A stretch of 20,646 bases of DNA from Antedon mediterranea (lineage: Eukaryota > Animalia > Echinodermata). Of the stretch, positions 10,312-19,300 are shown piece by piece. Both the position numbers and the translations under genes were made by a program. The first letter of the stretch is position 1; every line of letters begins with the position of its first letter. The stretch covers positions 1 through 20,646 of the forward strand of contig NW_027306100.1 in the NCBI RefSeq assembly GCF_964355755.1, in the 5' to 3' direction. Below the pieces are notes generated by a model. The model worked only from the letters and a program-made list of their open reading frames with translations, was not told where the DNA came from and made no database searches.

Positions 10312-10375
10312 ATGTTTTTCTCTAAATGTTTTCAGACTTTTAGTCTTTGTTTATGCTTGCAATTTGGATCATCAG
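10312..10375 (+). CDS. Exon 1: signal peptide (MFFSKCFQTFSLCLCLQFGSS)
   Basis: ATG in GAGATG context, hydrophobic 21 aa, phase-1 donor CAG|gtatgt compatible with exon 2. Confidence 0.7.
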
Positions 10376-13300
10376 GTATGTCTTAAATCTCATCTCTTGT
10401 TTGGTTTCCCATTTACTAATACAAGTATTACTACTTACTTATTTAATGGACACCTGTGATTATTTTAGTCAGATTGACGTCAAGTATGTCAATTGATATA
10501 ATGGTATAATATTATTGGTGTGTAACATTTGAAATTCATGCCCCAACAACAACAAAAATCTAACAAAAGTAAACTTGACAAGATAGGAACTTGTAACATC
10601 TATGGGATCTTATGTCCGACTCCGACAAATACGAACAGTGTACTATGTACGCGCCGCGCGATATCGCAGCAACAGATAAACCCTTTGATTTCCGGAGCTC
10701 TCATCATGTTGTTAGATTGCCATGGCCTAGTTCTGTTATGTGCTTTTATATTACTAAATCCACGTTTTTTTTTTCTGTTTTTTAAGTTTGTACTGTCGCA
10801 CCTTATATAAAATCAATGCACTTGCATTTTTTAGTAACCTCCCACAAATGTACCGTATACTTACAGTATCAAGATGCTCTACAGGTGGAATGCCATCCTG
10901 AGATGAGTAGTAGTAATTAGTCTTGTTTATTTTATTTCATTTATATTATGTATTTTACTTTCTATGGACCAGATATTCCGAAATAAAAGATTGAATTAAT
11001 GAATTACTGAAGATATCTATCTGAAATTACATATTCTTGCACACTCAATTGAATATTATTATACAGAAATTGCCTGCTAAAGCCCGGCGCACACTAGAGC
11101 TTTCGGCTGAGCCAACTGGCACGAGTAACACTTGCCTCACAGTGTGCGCCGGGTATTTTTTGAGGAATTGGAACGCGTGCCGCTGAGGAAAATATCTATC
11201 ATGTTTAATATTTTTTGGCACGCGTGCCATTTTCCTCAAGTGTGCGCCAAATGTGAGCTTCCTGCTCACTAAAAAATTCCACTGCGCATGACATTTTATG
11301 ATTTATTATGATAATATTTCAGCGCGTGTGCGCCCGGCGCACACTAGAGCTTTCGGCTGAGCCAACTGGCACGAGTAACACTTGGCTCACTAAAAAAATT
11401 GCCACAAACTATGTTCGCGTTCTATCGGACGCACACTAAATGCCTTCAGTACGCAATTTTCTGATTGGATAATTACTTACTACGCTATACAGCACGCGCT
11501 GAAACATCATAATAAATCAGAACATGTCATGCGCAGTGGAATTTTTTAGTGAGCAGGAAGCTCACGTTCGGCGCACACTTGAGGAAAATGGCACGCGTGC
11601 CAAAGAATATTAAACACGATAGATATTTTCCTCAGCGGCACGCGTGGCCGATTCCTCACGAAATCCCCGGCGCACACTGATGTGATGCAAGTGTTACTCG
11701 TGGCAGTTGGCTCAGCCGGAAGCTCTAGTGTGCGCCGGGCTTTAGAGGTTTAATATAGGATTTGACTTCCCCGAGGGAATAATATTTTTTTCGATAGAAT
11801 ACATTTCCCGAAGCGCGAAGTATATTCCATCGAACAAAATATTATTCCCAAGGGGAGGGGTTGTCAAATCTTATATTTTACCGATATTAAAGGCGATATC
11901 TGTTATATTACAAAGCCAACAACAAGTAGAATATCTGCAGGGTCGGGTAGCTACCTCAGGCCTCCTTTTTGTATTGTATGTATTGTATGTATCAATATAA
12001 TCGTACTCGAGGATATATAGTATATTATGTTCGAATAATAACTTTATTTACTAAGGACGATTTAAACCGTATGAGGTGCAATTAAATATGATATTATTCC
12101 AAACCACTTTATTAAAATATGTTTAAAAAGTATTTTCTGTAGGGTTTGCCATATTTATCCATAAGAGTACTATTTGTATTAATTAAAACATTGTTTTTAT
12201 GTCTCTTTGTTAAGATCCATTGGATATAACCGTATATTCTAATACACCACTGACGTCACCTAGTATTACCAATAATAAAGGTAATCTTGTTATTAATAGT
12301 CTGTTTCGAGGATATGCACTTCAAGACGACAAAGACATCAGAGATTTATCAGTTGGAATATTGTACAAGAACATTGATGGGAAAGATAACGTGACTTGGG
12401 CTGATACTGATGATATTATATATACAAAACAACAACAAAAAGATATGCCAGATGGTAAAATATTTGACACAAATAGCATTATTCAATATCGGAAATTCGG
12501 AACACATACGTATTTAGGTGTTGCTAATTTACAAAGTCAGATTGAGAGAGTTGGTGTATTTTCATTTAAAGCAAAGAAAGACGAAGTAGTCACAAATTCT
12601 GCAATTGTATTGACATCAGCTTTTGGTGAGTATATTTTTATTGAAACTATCTATTTTGCATTTATTATTACAATTATAAACTATTTATCAACACTCTAAT
12701 TTGTTGTAGTAATACACTGTATACAACTAAAAAAGTAAATGCTTCTTGTATCGTTTAATCTTACAGCCAGTATTGAAATGGAGTATAGAACGATAACCGT
12801 CGGTATCGGAGAGTCTGTCACTATCAATCTCAGTAAAGGTGGTGGTGATCTTAACGATTTACGCTGGAGACATAATTATGGAGATGAAATACACAATCTG
12901 AGGGGTAATACGTCTGCTGTGATTGAAAACATACGAAGAAAAGATGATGGCGTATATGAATGTTATACAGGTGATAGACCGGATGGTAACCATGGTATCA
13001 TGAGACTAATTGTTAGAGGTAGGTTTATTAACAATTATTGCAGGACATCCTATTCATTTCTTTTGTCGTCTTGAAGTTCGTAATTTTATAATTTCTGTTA
13101 TTATATATATATAAACTTTATTTAAACACGAGACTGATGTGCAGTACAACTCGTTCAATCAATATTGATTGTTTTTACACAAGTTCGTGATACTGTATTA
13201 CACAAAAAAAATCAACACCATATAAATACAACAGAAACGAAAAAAAATTGAAATTGAAAAGAAACAAAATTGCAGCAGAATCCCCTTCATCTGACACCTC

Positions 13301-16300
13301 TATTTAGGGTACACCATACCGGTACTTCCCGTGTAAACGGAAACCCTTATCGAAGTGTATAATTTATGGGGATTCAACTGTAATACATAATAAATCTTTT
13401 GGATTTCATTTACCTTAAAATAATAGTGATAAAACACACATTTTACATAGTATTTAGCCATTTTAAAAGTTGGATGTACACCATCGTAGATTACCATACC
13501 ATTATGTTTTATAATGCATTTTTCAGATACGTTTTAAATAACTTAACTGAATTTGGAAGGGTATCAACATTGAGACTATTCCATATAATTGCTCCACGAT
13601 AAGACAGACTTCGTTTTTTAAAATCGGTTTTTGGCTTTGGGATAAATAGATGTGTATCACTGTGCCTTAGATTATAATTTATATCATTGAATGTAAATAC
13701 ATTATTTAGGTAAGGTGGGGCATTATCTGTCAAAACCTTATATATAACCATACAACATTCATATCTATCTTGATAAAATAAAGGTGACCAATTAATTTGT
13801 CTTAGTGCTTCACTACTAGGTGTGTACCATGTTAGACCACACACGATTCGAGCTGTTCTGTTTTGGATAGTTTGAACTCTTTTCATTAGAGTTTGACTAC
13901 TATTTCCCCAAATTATGCTACAATAGCTCAAGTAAGGTATTACAATAGAGTTTGCAATATGTTTTAATATGTCTTGTGGAAAATAATAGCTACATCGTCT
14001 AAGCATACCCAATCCATTTAGAGCTTTACCTCGAATGTATTCAATCTGATTTTTCCATGATAAATGTTCGTCTATTATGATACCGAGATGTTTGCAATAT
14101 CGAACGCGTGGTACAACATCGTTATCTATATTAACTGATCTATTTTTTTCTTTGGTGGTTGCCAATCGGTTTGTCGATCCGATCAACATGAACTCGGATT
14201 TAGAGACATTTAGACTCAATTTATTATTTTTTAGCCAATCGTCGATTTGTATAAGTTCTTCATTTATACTTTGGTATATTTCATTTTCATTTTTTGAAGA
14301 ACAATAAATTATAGTATCGTCAGCATACATACTTATTTTACATTTGTTTGCAACTTTCGATAGGTCATTTATATATAAGAGGAAAGCAAGTGGGCCCACG
14401 ATTGACCCCTGAGGCACTCCACATTGGATGTGTGTATAGTCAGACAATGTACTATTTACATTTGTGAATTGCTTTCGCTCAGACAGATAGCTCTCGAACC
14501 ATTTTAAAACATATTTACTTGAACCATAAAGTCTCAATTTGCTTAATAGTATGCTATGGTTTACCGTATCAAAGGCCTTTTTAAAATCTAGTAAACAGAT
14601 TCCGACCAGCTTACCCTCGTCTATTGCACTATACCAGTCTTCCGTCACTTTTGTAAGTGCAGTAGATGTTGAGTATGATGGTCGAAAACCTGATTGATTT
14701 ATACATAACAGATTATCTATACTGTACCAATTGTTCTTTATCATCACACTTTACAAAAACTTGGGCCATTGTTAGAAAAGATAGTTTAAACCATAGTGAC
14801 TTCGCTCGCTTATCCTCTAATACCCATATGGGAACACGTATGGTTCTCGAAAATGTTAATATTGCCTTAGGTAAACTTGAATCTCGGAAAATTAATACTT
14901 ACTGTATGTGATGCTATGACGGAAGAAATTAAAGTGAATGTATGACCTACCAAACTTATGCATTTTTAAAGTTTGATTTTAGTACAAATTGTACAATGAA
15001 ACTACATCCACAATTTATCTACGTAGCTTGTCCTTCGCCAAAATGGAATCCTCCAGACTGTGAAATGGACTGTCCTGTATGCTACAATGGTGGAGTGTGT
15101 GATGATAAGACGGGTGTCTGTATTTGCCCACCAGGATTTAAAGGCGAATCTTGTCTAAACGGTAATGTATAGTGTGTTGATCTTAAAGTGCTATTGTAAT
15201 ACTATAGTCACTGATACACACAATAAACAATTTCTGTTTTGATATTGGGATTTATATATTTGTATTTTATAATATGAAGTCAATTGTGTAATTAAAAGGT
15301 GATTTTAGGCTAAATTCGCGTTGTTTTATTTTCGGTAGGTTGTGGAAATAACACTTGGGGTCGTGATTGCCTCTCTATATGTAGCAGCACATTTGGTAAT
15401 ACATGCTTTGGAGTTTTGTTATGTCCACCTGATCCAGTTGGATGTTCATGCATCGATGGTTTAAGAGGAAACCAATGTCGTAAACGTTAGAAACAAATTA
15501 TTAGTGTATAATACAATATTATAGTTTAATTAAATAATAATATTAGTTGTAATGCTATCGTAATATATATTTTCTCTTTTTCGTCATTTGTATAATTGCA
15601 GTAAAGAAATGTCATCTAAGTTTAGTTTATTATGTAAATTTTAGTGATAAATAATGGCAAATATAATTTGTATATAGAATGTGAGCCTGATTTCTATGGA
15701 GCAGATTGTCGTCAACAATGCCACTGTGACAATTGTGATTCATTTAAAGGATGTACTTCCGGGTCAACGTGTTTAGATGGTTACACTGGAGAAGGGTGTC
15801 TCGGTAGCATCTAATATATTTAATTAAAATGTCTATACATTTTCCAATATTTTAATGAACGTTGCTTTTAACCCGTGATTCATACAATTTCTTTAGGGCC
15901 TAATGACTACTGTAGATCACCATCTACATGTACTTGTCGTAAAGTATTATAAGGCAATCCCTATTAAAATAAAGTAAAATATAATGTAGGCCTACTGTTA
16001 TATTATTGAAGATCACGTTACATGAAAATAAATAGCATAAAGGAATAAAATGTACACAATGTGGTAATTTGGTTGGTATAATTTCCTGAAGATTATTATG
16101 ATATAAAATGTTACTCCATCAAACAACAATAATTTACAACATAATAGTTCATGACAATCATAATGTATCTAAATCTAAGATTAAGCAAATAGAAGTATCA
16201 TATTGTCACACACCACCAATTTGTATCTTAAAACATGGTCAATTGAATAATACTCTTCTTCATGTGTCTTTTGTCATGTATAGTACCCACTTTGTGTCCG

Positions 16301-19300
16301 TCTGGATTCTTTGGTATTTTGTGTAACTACCCATGTCACTGCAAAGATAAAGAAGATTGTAATCGAGATGGAAGTTGCAATAATGGGTGTCATGAGGCTT
16401 GGGCTGGACCAAACTGCAGCATAGGTAACGTACCCTGATATAATATATATGTTATATTGTTAGCAAGTATTTTTACTTTTCGACGCCCGGAAATAAGATA
16501 GCAAAAATTGAACATTATATTTTGTTTTCAATTCTCCGCCTAATTGTATGTATTGTTCTAAATTCTTGTAGATTTTCTTATTTTGTAATTTTGCAATCCT
16601 ACATAATGGTTTTTTTTTTGCGCCACTTTTGTTAATCCATAATTTCACTCACTTTCCGATCTGTTTTTAAATACGGTAGTCACAAAACATTAATGAAATC
16701 TAATATTCTATATTTTAATATATTTTACTCCTCGTCATTCTTAAATCTATTATTGTACTTTTCTTTCATTTAAACGTCTGTGTATGTGTTGTTTATTAAC
16801 TATTGAAACTTTTTTCAGTAATTATGATAACAGTAAAGACAATTTTCGTTTTTAAATTTACTACTACTGGCCTTCTTTTCCTTTTTCTATTTCTTCAGCG
16901 CTTGTTTGAATCGAGTCCTTTTTTTTTATCTTTCCCTTTTTACTTTGCATGGTACCTTGTTATTTTTATGCCAATCATTCTCCTTTCTATTGCATACTAT
17001 TTTTTAAGTTTTTAGATCTAATTTTAGGTCACAAACTACATTAAATGTAGAAATAAGTACAATATGGTCATATTGTTTTCATCTTTAAACAATTAAAATG
17101 TGAAAAAAAGTTTATTATAATAACCTAAGCGTCCCCTATAAATCCCAACATGCATTGCGCGTGGATTGATATTTTCGTCTTTCTTCTGTGGTTTTTCGAT
17201 CGATTGCGAAAGCAAAACAATTAGAAGAACCGTTCAGCGGAAACACATGTTCTTTCGGTTCTTCATAATTTAACATAAAACGCACATTTAAGACTAGGAA
17301 TGATCTGGTTTAATGGTTTTATAGGAATATATATGCATTGTTTTTACAAAACGGCAAACATTGTAGAGAATAAGTCTTTAATTTATCTTTGTTCTTCTCG
17401 GTAAGCTGTATGTGATGTTCGAACACTTTCTTTCTGATGCACATTGGTATTGAATATTGCAGAGGATGTCATTGAAGCGGCCATCCTGTAATAATGCTGT
17501 ATGCAATTGCTTCACTTGAATTCGATAGGCTCATAGTTTGAACTAAGTGTTTAGGGGTGGTAGCTTCAATGACATCATCTGCAATATTCAATACCAATGT
17601 GCATCAGCAAGAAAGTGTTCGAACAGTGCGAGTCAAGTGGCCGACAGGGGCACCTAAAGATCCAACAACATCTGCAAGGGTTCTCCTAGTTCTGGTGGTG
17701 GAACAAGTCTTCTCGGATAAGGACTATAAATCGTAGGTCCAGTGTACACAGTTATATTCTGTGTGCACTTTACAGAACCCAGTTCATTATTCGAGAAGAG
17801 TAGGGGGTTACCCCGGTGAACTGGTTCACACAATTACCACCTATCTGATAAGACAGTGATTCATTTACTATTGGTAATCCTTGGTCACATTGCCTAAAAA
17901 CATAAAATAAAATTTATTTTGTTGACTTTTACATTTCTGCGTCATCAAAATTCAATTGTTTGGTTTGTGTCAAAATGGATCATACATTTAGTTTTCCCAT
18001 TGTGTAATTTTAATTTGCTTGCTTTCTTTTTTTATCTTGTTTGACTAAATTGGATCACCTTGTCAAACTCCTCTCTTGACATTTTCTTCTTTATTGTTAT
18101 GTATAAATTCTTCCCTGAAGCATTATCATAGAGTAATAAGAGTAATGTTATTATACTATAGATGAAATGATTTTGTTTTGTTAGCATTACCGTACCATTT
18201 TGAACCGCCAACTATTGTAAACCAGACTGCAGCTACCTTAACGTTTGACGTCACTTGGAATCCTGATGAAGACTATGGAACAGGAATGATTACAAAACGA
18301 AAGCTGTGGTACAAATCATCTGACATGAATAAGTGGTCATCATTACCTAATACGAATAAATTAAATCTATTTGTGAATGCGAAAATTCAGTTTCGATCAC
18401 AGTTTTTTAGAATGGTTAAAGGTGATCAGACATTTGGACCAAAAAGTAAAATTGGATCGATACAACTGGTCTGTTTAAGTAAGCAATGCCTTACTAACAA
18501 TTGTTATTCATAATCTTCACTAGAAATAAGCAAGCATGCGCATATTTGTTTCAACCTCATTCATGATAATTAAAACGTATAGGCCTAGGCTATTATGTAC
18601 TGTACTGACATATACTTTACTTTATGTCGCATACCGTTTATAGTAATGATTAATTTTACAATCAATCGTAAAATTTGTAGGCATTTTGATCAAATTCTTT
18701 AAAGAATATCATGTAAGTAAATACTGTAAGCTCACAGACCAATTCTACCTTTTATATGTTTTATTTATTTATATATTTGTATATTGTTGCCCGTTATGGT
18801 CGTACATATAGTGTATTACTAAGGTCAATAGATTATTTGAAAAATTTAACTTGGATTTTAAATTACGACCGCACATTTTTACAGTTCATGATATTTTAAG
18901 TTTAAACGTAGTTGTAGTAGTAGTAGTTTTTAATTCTATTCTTAATTATTAATATGTATTTTTTTCTGATTATTACTATAAAATACCGGTATGTATTCTG
19001 CCAGTTTTACATTAATTTGTGAATAATGTATTAAATGTTTATTGTTTTCTTCAATTTATTATACTATAGAACCTTTAGTAGAACCGAAAATAGAAATACA
19101 AACTATCAAAGAAAATAAGGTCATTTTAAACGTAAAGGTAATCAATATTATTTTATTTATTTTCTGTTCTTTTATCAATTCAATTTGTTTGTATTGTCAA
19201 TAATGCTATCATATTAGGCTTTGAGATTATAGAGATTCATTTTAAGAATCAACATTCTTTTACAGTAGTTTAAATACAACAAGTTCACTGTTTTACTTTT

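Noticed and set aside
11045-11269. 74-aa minus-strand ORF
   Set aside because: Lies in the GC-rich arm of a fold-back MITE; no transposase motifs.
13509-14747. Bacterial-type RT system (retron, group II intron, DGR) or domesticated RT gene
   Set aside because: Motifs, C-terminal WNSL region, 3' UTR and tail are those of a non-LTR retrotransposon; it is 5'-truncated and intronic.
16803-17015. Hydrophobic 70-aa ORF as an alternative transmembrane exon
   Set aside because: Hydrophobicity comes from T-rich low-complexity intron sequence; no convincing splice context; the real TM exon is at 20378-20456.
16450-17400. Hidden Ig3 exon or decayed LINE on the minus strand
   Set aside because: No + strand Ig-like frame found; LINE-like words (IPYKTIK-like, VGIYRG) are isolated and in the wrong order.
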